64,000 nucleotides of DNA, from contig NZ_JASJOR010000010.1 of NCBI RefSeq assembly GCF_030068545.1, forward strand, positions 57,395 to 121,394. The letters are read 5' to 3'. The first letter of the stretch is position 1, and every line of letters begins with the position of its first letter. The stretch is from Xanthocytophaga flava. Lineage in GTDB: Bacteria > Bacteroidota > Bacteroidia > Cytophagales > 172606-1. The translations under genes and the position numbers were made by a program. Shown piece after piece: positions 38,800 through 48,768 of this stretch. A model generated the notes under the pieces. The model saw only the letters and a program-made list of their open reading frames with translations. It did not search any database and was not told the origin of the DNA.

Positions 38800-39429
38800 A
38801 TGAAACCATTCCTATCAGTAAGTATAATTCTACTAATATTCTCATCTTGTACTTCCTCCAATAGTCTGGATAAAATCATTGCAGAAACAGACTCTTCTCG
38901 CAAAAGTCTACATTTTATGTCTGTGGATGAATTGAATCTGGACTCTACTGTTAGAAAATCCAAGGATTCATTTGAGGCGCTGCTACTCGTCAATGAATTC
39001 TGGCAACACTCTAATAAAAAAAGCTCATATTCTTACCTGATATGTTATTATTCATATCATTTACCTAGAAATGGCGTTACTAGACGAAAGGTTCTCTTTT
39101 TTAAAGAAAGCCCTCAAAAATTAATTTTAGCCCAAGAAGAAGATATTTATTCCAAAAATGTGAATGAATTAGTGGATGTAAAACTGGTGCTTATCAATAA
39201 TTATATAGATCCATTATTTTATGTTAGAACAGATTCTCTACCTACTGAAAAATTAAAGCAGATCAATCGAGAACGATTAGATTCATTGGAAAAAAAGTAT
39301 CCTGGAATAAAAACTGATCCCTGTGGAAATACTGTTATCAGTATTCTTGAGGAAAATTACCCAGAACCTCATGGATTACTGGATACTGCGAGAGCAAAAT
39401 ACTGGATTGATAAGTTTACAAAACGGTAA
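38800..39429 (+). CDS. hypothetical lipoprotein
   Basis: MKPFLSVSIILLIFSSCTSS is a lipobox. 209 aa with no family assignment. Confidence 0.45.
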   Translation: MKPFLSVSIILLIFSSCTSSNSLDKIIAETDSSRKSLHFMSVDELNLDSTVRKSKDSFEALLLVNEFWQHSNKKSSYSYLICYYSYHLPRNGVTRRKVLFFKESPQKLILAQEEDIYSKNVNELVDVKLVLINNYIDPLFYVRTDSLPTEKLKQINRERLDSLEKKYPGIKTDPCGNTVISILEENYPEPHGLLDTARAKYWIDKFTKR

Positions 39430-39699
39430 AACTATCCCCACATTACTAAAACTTGTGAAAATATATAAAAAACTTAAAACAGAAACAACTTTTACACCTT
39501 CGGGAGAAATATAGAGGAATGTTGAAGTATATTGCTTTTTATGGATTCTTGTACTTACAGGAGGCAAAGATGAAAGCTTTTACCAAATCTATAAAAAGAA
39601 GGTCATTTGATGTTTTCCACTTATTCAATTATAGAAAACATAAGCCTATATACAATCTGCTAAATACCATTATTTTTGTGTACTAACTTTTCATTTCTG

Positions 39700-40860
39700 A
39701 TGAACCATACACAATCCAACATACTCCCTTCCAAACTACCCAATGTAGGCACCACCATCTTTACTGTTATGTCCAAACTGGCTCAGGAGCATAAGGCCAT
39801 TAACCTGGGTCAAGGCTTTCCGGACTTTAATGCTTCTCCGGATATTATTCAACTGGTAACCAAAGCAATGCAGGACGGATACAACCAATATGCACCTATG
39901 CCTGGTACCATTGACTTACGGGAACAGATTGCCATCAAAACAGAACGTATGTATGGGTATGCTCCCAATCCTGACACCGAAATTACAGTTACTTCCGGAG
40001 GTACAGAAGCCTTGTATGCTGCTATCAGTGCCATTGTCAGTCCGGGCGATGAAGTGATAGTACTGGAGCCTTGCTACGACAGCTATGTACCTGCTATTGA
40101 ACTTAACGGAGGGATTCCGGTATATGTGTCCTTGTCATCCGATGATTTTTCAATCAACTTTTCCCAACTGCAAAGTGCCATTACCAGCCGTACCCGAGCC
40201 ATTATTATCAATACACCACACAACCCAACCGGCACCACACTGACACAAAAGGATTTGCAATTCCTGGCAATTCTGTTGAGAGATAGGAACATTTATCTGA
40301 TCAGTGATGAAGTTTATGAGCATATTATCTTTGATGGGCAACAGCACCAGAGCGTGTTACGACATGCAGAATTACGGGAACGAAGCTTTGTAATATCTTC
40401 TTTCGGCAAGACCTATCATGTTACCGGATGGAAGTTAGGCTATTGTATAGCTCCTCGCGAACTGTCAACTGAGTTTCGGAAAGTGCACCAGTACCTGACG
40501 TTTTCGTCCTTCACCCCTCTTCAGATTGCTCTGGCCGAATACCTCAGGAACCCAGAACCCTATGAGTCTTTGCCTCAGTTCTATCAGCAGAAACGGGATT
40601 TCTTTGTGAACCTGATGCAACAAACCCGCTTCTCTTTACTTCCTAGTCGAGGTAGTTACTTTGTATTGGCATCATACGGACATATTACGGATGAGTCTGA
40701 CACCGATTATGCCATTCGTCTGACCAAAGAAATCGGAGTAGCCACTATTCCTTTATCTGTCTTTTATAGCAACAAAACTGATAACAAACTTTTACGTTTC
40801 TGTTTTGCAAAGAAAGAAGAAACCCTGGAACGGGCAGTAGAACGACTGATGAAGATATAA
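39700..40860 (+). CDS. ybdL: PLP-dependent aminotransferase class I/II, YbdL-like methionine aminotransferase
   Basis: The N-terminus SKLPNVGTTIFTVMSKLAQEHKAINLGQGFPDF closely matches E. coli YbdL (SKLPQLGTTIFTQMSALAQQHQAINLSQGFPDF). The ORF track start at 39676 is a TTG. Confidence 0.75.
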   Translation: MNHTQSNILPSKLPNVGTTIFTVMSKLAQEHKAINLGQGFPDFNASPDIIQLVTKAMQDGYNQYAPMPGTIDLREQIAIKTERMYGYAPNPDTEITVTSGGTEALYAAISAIVSPGDEVIVLEPCYDSYVPAIELNGGIPVYVSLSSDDFSINFSQLQSAITSRTRAIIINTPHNPTGTTLTQKDLQFLAILLRDRNIYLISDEVYEHIIFDGQQHQSVLRHAELRERSFVISSFGKTYHVTGWKLGYCIAPRELSTEFRKVHQYLTFSSFTPLQIALAEYLRNPEPYESLPQFYQQKRDFFVNLMQQTRFSLLPSRGSYFVLASYGHITDESDTDYAIRLTKEIGVATIPLSVFYSNKTDNKLLRFCFAKKEETLERAVERLMKI

Positions 40861-40986
40861 ATTCAAAATAGAAACACTTTGATTGATAAGTCTAATATTA
40901 CCAAAGGAGTATAACCAAGCAATATGCCTGGTAACAGGAAAACTGTTTAGTTTGTCAAAAATCAACTAGCTATTTGTACAAAAATC

Positions 40987-41523
40987 ATGAGTTTTAAAAT
41001 GGGATATACCGATTTTCACAGTATAGAAGAATACGATCGAAAACTTAATATTTTTTATTTCTCACTTAACCCTCTCAAAAAAAGCAAAGGCTTAATGGGC
41101 GGCAAAAAAGAGGAGGAATATGATCGCTCCTTATTGAGCAATATTGCTGTCTACGAAATAAATACCGGTAAAACCAGGTATTTATTTGACACAGTACATG
41201 AGGAAGAAGAAATTACCCATTTCCTGTTTGAATCGTCGTATGTGGAGGAGGGAAAACGAATTGAGTTTAATCATAGTAGCAGTAAGATACAGAACAACTC
41301 ATCCATAGCTCAACGTGATGCTTTGGATAGACTATTGGTTTGTCAGTCTAATAAGACCAAAGAAATTTACAAATTATGGAGTTTCCGGAAAAATGGAGAG
41401 GGAAAACGCCTAATCACTGAATTCGGAAAAGACACAGAATGGCGAATTGATGTCTTCAATCAAAAAATCAGGGTCATCAAGCGTAATCCTGCCACAGTAG
41501 AGATACAGGATTTCGAGTGGTAA
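40987..41523 (+). CDS. hypothetical protein
   Basis: 178 aa of coding-like sequence with no recognisable motifs. Confidence 0.4.
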   Translation: MSFKMGYTDFHSIEEYDRKLNIFYFSLNPLKKSKGLMGGKKEEEYDRSLLSNIAVYEINTGKTRYLFDTVHEEEEITHFLFESSYVEEGKRIEFNHSSSKIQNNSSIAQRDALDRLLVCQSNKTKEIYKLWSFRKNGEGKRLITEFGKDTEWRIDVFNQKIRVIKRNPATVEIQDFEW

Positions 41524-41895
41524 GAGGGCAGTAAGTGGCTTTTCAGAGGTATTTGGCTTTATATTGACAGCATTTTGTAGATGGTAAGCCAGCTTTTTTC
41601 TTTGATAGTAGATTTATTGCGCATAGTTAGTAGCATGCAGAAGACTTGTGCATATAACTATGCACAAGTCAATTAGAAGAGGAGATTCAAGTCATCCGAA
41701 TCAAAAAAGTTTTTGTCATCAATAAACCGCAAAACTGTCAATGTGTTTAATTCACCGCACGAGTGATGTTTGATCAGAATTCACCGCAAAAATTCTTATG
41801 CACATAGTTCAGGTCAAAACAAAAAAATCCATAGAATTATGCGTATGAGATGAAATTCCAGACTTGTTATCTATCCCTCTGTCAGTATACTTTTA

Positions 41896-43806
41896 TTAAT
41901 AAGTCTGTAGGGTTATCTGTACATGTGGAAAGCTTTGTTTGAGCAAAACCACATCTGCTTCTAGCTTTTTAAGATATTTAACATCTAAGTAGTTACTACT
42001 ATTGCCAGTAAAATGAAAGAGAGTTAGCTCTTTCAGATTTTTCATTTTCTTCAGTGTTTTCTGATTTGTTGCCACCTCATTTATCACACTCTGTGCACAG
42101 ATGATTCTTTCAATCTGCTCAAACTCCAGTATTTCAACAGGCAATTTAAATTTGCCAAAGAAGCTGTCATCAAAAAACAAGACATTCAGGGTAGTACCTT
42201 CCAGCTGTGCCTGATAAGCCATTCGGGCAGGATCGCCCCCAGCAACAAAACAACGTTTAACGATATAATGAAATTGCCGGTAAAAGTTATGATCAGTGCT
42301 TCCCTTCCTTCGGGTGTGTTCATCCAGTGCAAACAGAGACAAACCTGCCCTAGCTGTTTCTATGGCACTAAAAAGAGGATTTTTAAACAATTCATCTACT
42401 GTCTTATAAAAACCAGCTTTTTGTTGTTTCTTAATCACCTCATATTGCTCATGTGGAAGATATTTTTCCAGCACTTTTTTAAAATGGGTACTGTACCCCT
42501 TTCCTCTCAGCGCATTCAGTAACAAAACCGGGTATAACAATGGCTCAGGAATCCCTCCTGCCAGCATGATCTGAGCAGCCAGCTTACTATTGTCTTCATC
42601 CAGAGAGTTTATCAGCCGTAACAGGTTTTGGTGAACAGAATCCTCTGATTCCACTAAATAGGGTACTTCAAGCTGCTGTAAAAAATCACGCACATGAATA
42701 GGTAAGGCAACAGGCAGTTTTCGTTTAACGATTTCTTCAGTCTGCTTTTGTGTGAGCTGTTCACCAATACAAACCAGGGTAGTTTGCGGGGTAAGTCTGT
42801 CAGTAGCTTGAATGTTGTTTCTTTTGAATTGCTCTATGATTTCTTCTGAAGAATATCCTTTCATTCTTCCGAGTACAGACACCTGCTGTTTAGATAGATC
42901 TGCTCCTTTCTGGAATGGTGATGTTATCCGCTTTTCCAGAAGTGGCATTGCCCTCTCATTCAGCAAGTCAAACTCCAAAGCATGCAGTAAATCCTCTGTA
43001 AGAATGACTTGTGGGTCTTTCAGATTGTTTTGAAGAAGATTGAGATAAGTAGTGCGCACAGGTTGTGAAAGCTTTCGTTTCACGCTTTGCTGAATCACCT
43101 TTACCAGCACTGATTCTTTTAATTCATTTGCATACTTGACAGGATTATTAAACAAGTAAATGTTTTTCAACTTTTCCATCTGCATAATTCCTTCCGGCAG
43201 CACCTTTATTTCGTTTTCACCAAGATTCAATACTTCCAATTGTGTAAACCGGATAAGACTTTCTGGCAACTCAGTTAGTGTTGTTTCTTGTATAGCCAGA
43301 TAGGTCAGGACATCCGGATTGAGGAAAGACATAAGCTCTTCCAGTTGTGATAGCTTTCCTCTTTTCAGCGAAAAACTTTTTACCTGTGTCAGCGGTTCGT
43401 TTATTTCTACTGTTACTTCCTGAATAAATAATTTTTCCAGCCTAGGTAGTCCATTCAGACATACAGGAAAGGTTGGATATTCAGGATAGCCAAACTCAAT
43501 TGTCAGTTCCTTTAAATTTTTAAATACACCAATCTGAGGAGCTATTTTTCTTGTCAAATATCCTACTGAACCCTTCATTAACAAAACCAGTACCTGCCAA
43601 TGTTTCTGACGCATAATCTCTTGTTCCAGCAAATCCTGATCAGTTGATAGAATAGTAATATCCTGAAAATAAATGTTATCAGGACCAGCTAAAGCCAGCC
43701 TATACTCAATAACAAGGGAATGGTAAATATATTCATAGAGTTGAATCCCAATACAATTGGGGTATGCAGCAAATGCAGCTGCCAGTGAAGGAAATGATGC
43801 AATCAT
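41896..43806 (-). CDS. cytoplasmic LRR protein with a BRCT-like domain, paralogue of the 35730 gene
   Basis: 636 aa. It has LRRs at both ends. The BRCT-like block GRMKGYSSEEIIEQFKRNNIQATDRLTPQTTLVCIGEQL...VRDFLQQLEVPYLVESED aligns with the BRCT and following VEQPYLLSEEG region of the 35730 protein. Confidence 0.55.
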   Translation of the reverse strand: MIASFPSLAAAFAAYPNCIGIQLYEYIYHSLVIEYRLALAGPDNIYFQDITILSTDQDLLEQEIMRQKHWQVLVLLMKGSVGYLTRKIAPQIGVFKNLKELTIEFGYPEYPTFPVCLNGLPRLEKLFIQEVTVEINEPLTQVKSFSLKRGKLSQLEELMSFLNPDVLTYLAIQETTLTELPESLIRFTQLEVLNLGENEIKVLPEGIMQMEKLKNIYLFNNPVKYANELKESVLVKVIQQSVKRKLSQPVRTTYLNLLQNNLKDPQVILTEDLLHALEFDLLNERAMPLLEKRITSPFQKGADLSKQQVSVLGRMKGYSSEEIIEQFKRNNIQATDRLTPQTTLVCIGEQLTQKQTEEIVKRKLPVALPIHVRDFLQQLEVPYLVESEDSVHQNLLRLINSLDEDNSKLAAQIMLAGGIPEPLLYPVLLLNALRGKGYSTHFKKVLEKYLPHEQYEVIKKQQKAGFYKTVDELFKNPLFSAIETARAGLSLFALDEHTRRKGSTDHNFYRQFHYIVKRCFVAGGDPARMAYQAQLEGTTLNVLFFDDSFFGKFKLPVEILEFEQIERIICAQSVINEVATNQKTLKKMKNLKELTLFHFTGNSSNYLDVKYLKKLEADVVLLKQSFPHVQITLQTY

Positions 43807-44002
43807 ACTAAGATAAAGTGGTGAAACCAGAAGCAGCTCAAGATACTTCTGTAATTAATGTATGCTTACGAAAAACAATAAAAGTTGTTTCTCTTCGTTA
43901 AAATATTTTCAAATAAAGTAACTTTTTAATATCTATAGAAGACATTTTATAGAGTCCACTTTTTTCCTCTTACACTCACAACCGATCGATTACACAAAAC
44001 AC

Positions 44003-46309
44003 ATGACTAAAAGAAAAAACACACCCATTTTTTCCCCTAAGATTATACTTCTATTCCTGTGTAGCTTAATTTATCCTTCGTTCTCTCCAAGCTATGGACA
44101 GACAAAGCTAAATCTTGATTTTGAAATTCAGAATGATGAGAAAAGTGCGTTTCCTTTTTGGTCTTTCCCCAGGAGCATTTCATTCCAATATGATACAATT
44201 GTCAAATACTCAGGGCAAAGTAGCCTTCGCCTGGACCTGACTCACGACTCTGTTTTTCATGGAGCTTTTTATAACACTTCTGTTCCGGTTGTCGACTTTA
44301 AAACTAAAAATATAACCGTCTCTGCCTGGATAAAGACACAGGATTTTGATGGTGCAATTCAGTTTTATGCAACTACAGTAAATCATCAGGAAAGTGATCG
44401 TCTTAGTTTTGTACAAGATACATCATTAATTGAAGAAGGCAAGTGGAGCAAATATCAGGTAGAAATTCCTGTTCCTGCCCAAACCGACTATTTAGCAATG
44501 GGTATGTATTTATCAGGGCAGGGTAAAATCTGGATAGATCATTGGCAAATTACATGCGAAGGACAAGAATATAAGGATATTCCTTTACCAGGCACTCAGA
44601 TTGTGACTGATACCTTGCTAAGCTTATATGAACCAGATCTGTCTTTTGAAGATACCAAAAAGAATACCCGATTACTGAAACAAACAACCCTTGCAACTGA
44701 CTCACTATATTTTAAAGAAGGTAGGCAAAGCCTGAAACTGCAAAATGGAATCCGGGCAAACGCTCCTTTGCTTCAGGTTATTTTTCTTGATACATTATGG
44801 GGTAAAACATTATCAGTAAAAGGATTTATCAGAAAATATTCCTTTGCTAAATCAACACATTCTGTCTTTTTCTCTTTTATTTCAAACGACAAACGCTTTA
44901 GAAATTCATGGTTTATTCACAAATACCTTGAGTTACCTATCCAATTGACCTCTCTCTCAGATACAAGCGGTGAGTGGATGAAATTTTCGGTAGAAACACC
45001 TATTCCAGACAACGAGTATCTCAAGTATGCCAGCATTGGTGTTGTCTCCACGGATGCCTCTGCATTCTGGCTAGACAATATCAAGATCCTGGTTGATGGG
45101 CAAGCACCTCCTTCTGTGAACGCCCCTGCTCTTCCTACTTTAGCTGAAACAACCTGGTTAAAGAAAGCAATCATTCCACTAAAATCCACATCCCCATCCG
45201 ATCCGTTTACAGACTTACTGGCACTAAACGAAAAAATAGGCAAAGCCCACATGATCGGGCTAGGTGAGAATACGCATGGATCACATGAAATTTTTCAGAT
45301 GAAACACCGTCTGATTCGCTGGCTTGTTGAGCAAAAAGGATTTAATGTAATCGCTTTCGAGGCTGATATGGCAGCGGCTGAGGATGTCAACAAGTATGTG
45401 CTTACAGGTAAAGGAGATGCCAGAAAGGTATTGAAGGGACTTGGCTACTGGACCTGGAGTGTCGAGGAAATCGCAGAACTGATTAGGTGGGTCAGACAAT
45501 ACAATGTTGCCCATCCCAAACAAATGGTACAGTTTAAAGGGTTTGATATGCAGTATTCCTGGAAAGCACTGGCTGCCTTAAAAGAGTATTTGCAACCCAA
45601 AGACACACTTGCCTGGCATTCATTGAAGAAGCGAATGGAATACGTACAAGCCATTCGTCGTTTTGTTCCTCCTACAGATACCACCATTGTATCTGCAATG
45701 CAAGCTTTGCGGGAAGTCAAAAACACATTTCTGATCCGAGTTCCTGTAGGTTTACTGAGCCAGAAAGCTCTGATTCAACAACATTTCCGGCAGATTGAAC
45801 AAGCCATTGAACTACGGTCTGTTGGAGAGTCTTCCCGATTCAGAGATGCCTGTATGGCAGAAAATCTTTATCGTACATTTTCTTCTATTCCCAATGCTCG
45901 TGTGGTAATATGGGCACATAACAACCACGTAGATAAGTATGATATGGGTTACTGGCTCAAAACCGAACTGGCAGATGACTATCAGTCTATCGGTTTTACC
46001 TTTGATCAGGGTACATTCCGAGCCATTTACAAAGACAGTGTCCAATTAGCTCCTGCTCAGACAAGTGTTGCAGGCAGTTATGAGTCTTACTTCAAAACAG
46101 CTCAAACGCCTATGTTTTATCTTCCCTTACAAAAAACACCTCTAATAAAAGATACTCAGTGGCTTCACCAACGGTTATTGTTTAGAAATATTGGTGCAGA
46201 GGCTTACAATGATGACTTCACCCGACGTGACTTGTTAAAAGAATTCGATGCACTTATTTATATCCAAAAATCAACTCCCAGCAAACCTCTTGTAATGCAA
46301 AATAAGTAA
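44003..46309 (+). CDS. secreted erythromycin-esterase-family (EreA/ChaN-like) protein with N-terminal beta-sandwich domains
   Basis: Signal peptide present. The C-terminal half has AHMIGLGENTHGSHEIFQMKHRLIRWLVEQKGFNVIAFEADMA, the Erythro_esteras signature. Confidence 0.65.
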   Translation: MTKRKNTPIFSPKIILLFLCSLIYPSFSPSYGQTKLNLDFEIQNDEKSAFPFWSFPRSISFQYDTIVKYSGQSSLRLDLTHDSVFHGAFYNTSVPVVDFKTKNITVSAWIKTQDFDGAIQFYATTVNHQESDRLSFVQDTSLIEEGKWSKYQVEIPVPAQTDYLAMGMYLSGQGKIWIDHWQITCEGQEYKDIPLPGTQIVTDTLLSLYEPDLSFEDTKKNTRLLKQTTLATDSLYFKEGRQSLKLQNGIRANAPLLQVIFLDTLWGKTLSVKGFIRKYSFAKSTHSVFFSFISNDKRFRNSWFIHKYLELPIQLTSLSDTSGEWMKFSVETPIPDNEYLKYASIGVVSTDASAFWLDNIKILVDGQAPPSVNAPALPTLAETTWLKKAIIPLKSTSPSDPFTDLLALNEKIGKAHMIGLGENTHGSHEIFQMKHRLIRWLVEQKGFNVIAFEADMAAAEDVNKYVLTGKGDARKVLKGLGYWTWSVEEIAELIRWVRQYNVAHPKQMVQFKGFDMQYSWKALAALKEYLQPKDTLAWHSLKKRMEYVQAIRRFVPPTDTTIVSAMQALREVKNTFLIRVPVGLLSQKALIQQHFRQIEQAIELRSVGESSRFRDACMAENLYRTFSSIPNARVVIWAHNNHVDKYDMGYWLKTELADDYQSIGFTFDQGTFRAIYKDSVQLAPAQTSVAGSYESYFKTAQTPMFYLPLQKTPLIKDTQWLHQRLLFRNIGAEAYNDDFTRRDLLKEFDALIYIQKSTPSKPLVMQNK

Positions 46310-46376
46310 CATTACAAGGTTCTATATCAAGGAGGCATCAATAAGATTTCAACTAAGGAATAGAGGCGAAATAAAA

Positions 46377-46422
46377 AATACGCATAGCGTGTATATTGAT
46401 TATATACCAAACTATGCGTATT
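46377..46422. terminator. bidirectional terminator hairpin between the convergent esterase and galM genes
   Basis: AATACGCATAG ... CTATGCGTATT is an 11-bp stem. An A-run precedes it, which reads as a T-run on the minus strand. Confidence 0.5.
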
Positions 46423-46459
46423 AACTTAGTAAAGCAGAATGTTTAAACTCTGACAGATC

Positions 46460-47662
46460 TTATTTCTTTGTAGAAAACTTGTATACAGTTGTGGTTGCAT
46501 ACGTTTCTCCGGGACGAAGCACTGTACTTGGGAAAGAAGGCTTGTTTGGAGAATCCGGATAGTGTTCTGTTTCCAGACAGAAACCATAACGATGTTTGTA
46601 CACTATACCATTTTTGCCAGTGATGGTACCATCCAGGAAGTTACCAGTGTAGAACTGTACAGCAGGTTCGGTAGTGTAGGTATCCAGTACACGTCCGCTA
46701 GTTGGTTCGTAAACAGTGGCTACATGTTTCAGTGAATCCTTAGACTCCTTAGACTCTTTCAACACCCAGCAGTGGTCATATCCTAAACCATATTTAATCT
46801 GTACATCTGAAGAATCATTGATACGTGCTCCGATTTTGGTAGACGTATTGAAATCAAAAGGAGTTCCGGCTACAGGTTTTAACTCGCCAGTAGGAATCAG
46901 GCCTTTATCTACAGGTACCAGTTTATCGGCATACAACGTTACCTCATGATCCAGAATATCACGTTTTACTCCACCTGTCAGGTTGAAGTACGTATGGTTA
47001 GTCAGGTTGACAACTGTAGGCTTATCGGTAGTAGCTTTGTAGCTGATTTGAAGAGAGTTATCATTCTTTAGCTGATACACAACCTCTGTTGTTAAGGTTC
47101 CGGGATATCCTTCTTCACCATCTTTGCTCACATAAGTCAGTTTCAGTGACGGCTCCTCTCCTTCTACAGGAGTAGCCTCCCATAATACTTTATCAAATCC
47201 AACTTTACCACCATGCAATGCATTGGGGCCATTGTTAGTAGCTAGTGTGTAGGTTTTTCCATCCAGCGTAAACTTACCTTTTCCAATACGGTTGCCATAT
47301 CGTCCAATCAATGCACCAAAGTACGGTACACCTTTCAGATAGCCATCCAGAGAGTCACATCCCAGTACCACATCTTCATATTTACCATCCTTGTCAGGAG
47401 CAGTCCAGGAAACGATAGTACCACCATAGTTGGTAATTTTCACTTCCATACCAGAAGCATTGCGGAGGGTATATAAATCGGCAGCTTTGCCATCAGGCAA
47501 TGTGCCAAAAGGAGCATCTTTTTGAATTCCGGCTTTCGGGGTTTGTTCCATTACATTTACGGAGTCTTGATTTTCTGAAGTTTTGCTTTTCTGGTCACAG
47601 GATACCAGTGCCATACTACCCAGTAAGAGAGTAGCAAAAAACATCTGAGAGAACGTTTTCAT
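46460..47662 (-). CDS. galM: aldose 1-epimerase (galactose mutarotase), lipoprotein-type signal
   Basis: YTLRNASGMEVKITNYGGTIVSW...GFDK..W...HSRF-like core (HGGKVGFDKVLW). It is typical of Bacteroidota ara loci. Confidence 0.85.
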   Translation of the reverse strand: MKTFSQMFFATLLLGSMALVSCDQKSKTSENQDSVNVMEQTPKAGIQKDAPFGTLPDGKAADLYTLRNASGMEVKITNYGGTIVSWTAPDKDGKYEDVVLGCDSLDGYLKGVPYFGALIGRYGNRIGKGKFTLDGKTYTLATNNGPNALHGGKVGFDKVLWEATPVEGEEPSLKLTYVSKDGEEGYPGTLTTEVVYQLKNDNSLQISYKATTDKPTVVNLTNHTYFNLTGGVKRDILDHEVTLYADKLVPVDKGLIPTGELKPVAGTPFDFNTSTKIGARINDSSDVQIKYGLGYDHCWVLKESKESKDSLKHVATVYEPTSGRVLDTYTTEPAVQFYTGNFLDGTITGKNGIVYKHRYGFCLETEHYPDSPNKPSFPSTVLRPGETYATTTVYKFSTKK

Positions 47663-47794
47663 GCAGGTGTAACAAGTGTAAAGGTGTATAAGTGATTAAG
47701 AAGTTGTTTAAGATAATTTTAAAAGGTTGCTAAGGCAGATAATTATAGAGTTCTTGAAGAACTAAAAATACATGTGCTGCGCCTTCTCCCCTCA

Positions 47795-47849
47795 TTGGTG
47801 TTATCACCAACGAGTTGTTTCCCATCATGCAGGTTGGTGATAACACCAA
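47795..47849. promoter_or_regulatory. pair of 16-bp palindromic boxes TTGGTGTTATCACCAA / TTGGTGATAACACCAA (23-bp spacer), 130-190 bp upstream of galM
   Basis: Read directly. The second box sits inside a perfect 9-bp-stem hairpin AGGTTGGTG-ATAA-CACCAACCT. Confidence 0.35.
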
Positions 47850-47970
47850 CCTGGGGCGTGAAATTGAGGCTCGCTACAAAATCTGCTCTTTTCGTTTCTT
47901 TATAAATTATCCTAAACAACTTTTAAAATCTGTAGTGGATGTCTATCTTTCATCCACTACAGGCATATTT

Positions 47971-48624
47971 TTACCATTTGCCAGCCATATCCTTCAGGAA
48001 TTTCTCCAACCCAGAATCTGTCAATGGGTGTTTCATCAATGCAGTTATAGCACTCAGAGGTCCGGTCATTACGTCAGATCCCAGTTCTGCACACTTGATA
48101 ATATGCATAGGGTGACGTACAGAAGCAGCCAGAATCTGAGTAGCATATCCGTAGTTATCATAAATGAGACGAATCTGTTCGATCAGTTTTAACCCATCTG
48201 TAGACACATCATCCAAACGACCTACAAACGGAGATACATAGGTAGCACCTGCTTTAGCAGCCAGTAAAGCTTGTCCGGCAGAGAATACCAGTGTACAGTT
48301 GGTTTTGATCCCTTTTTGTGAAAAATATTTAATGGCTTTGATACCATCTTTGATCATAGGCACTTTCACAACGATCTTTGGGTCAAGGGCAGCCAGCAGT
48401 TCGCCTTCTTCCACCATTCCCTTAAACTCTGTTGAGATTACTTCCGCACTTACATCTCCATCTACAATATTGCAGATAGCCCGGTAGTGATTCAGAATAT
48501 TTTCTTTTCCGGTAATGCCTTCTTTGGCCATCAGAGAAGGGTTTGTGGTTACTCCATCCAACACGCCCAGATCCTGAGCTTCCTGAATCTCTTTCAGATT
48601 TGCTGTGTCAATAAAAAACTTCAT
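47971..48624 (-). CDS. fsa: fructose-6-phosphate aldolase / transaldolase family (Fsa/TalC)
   Basis: [31 protein letters not shown] is the canonical Fsa/TalC N-terminus. Confidence 0.85.
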   Translation of the reverse strand: MKFFIDTANLKEIQEAQDLGVLDGVTTNPSLMAKEGITGKENILNHYRAICNIVDGDVSAEVISTEFKGMVEEGELLAALDPKIVVKVPMIKDGIKAIKYFSQKGIKTNCTLVFSAGQALLAAKAGATYVSPFVGRLDDVSTDGLKLIEQIRLIYDNYGYATQILAASVRHPMHIIKCAELGSDVMTGPLSAITALMKHPLTDSGLEKFLKDMAGKW

Positions 48625-48768
48625 TGGTAAATTGGTATTAGGGTTTTGTAAAAAATAGAACTACATTTTATATCGAAGTGGTTTTAACTAACTACACGTA
48701 TTATCGTATCATTAGAGCAACCACTTCTTTGTATTGGACTTTAGTTGTTGGATTTTCTTTGATAGTAC

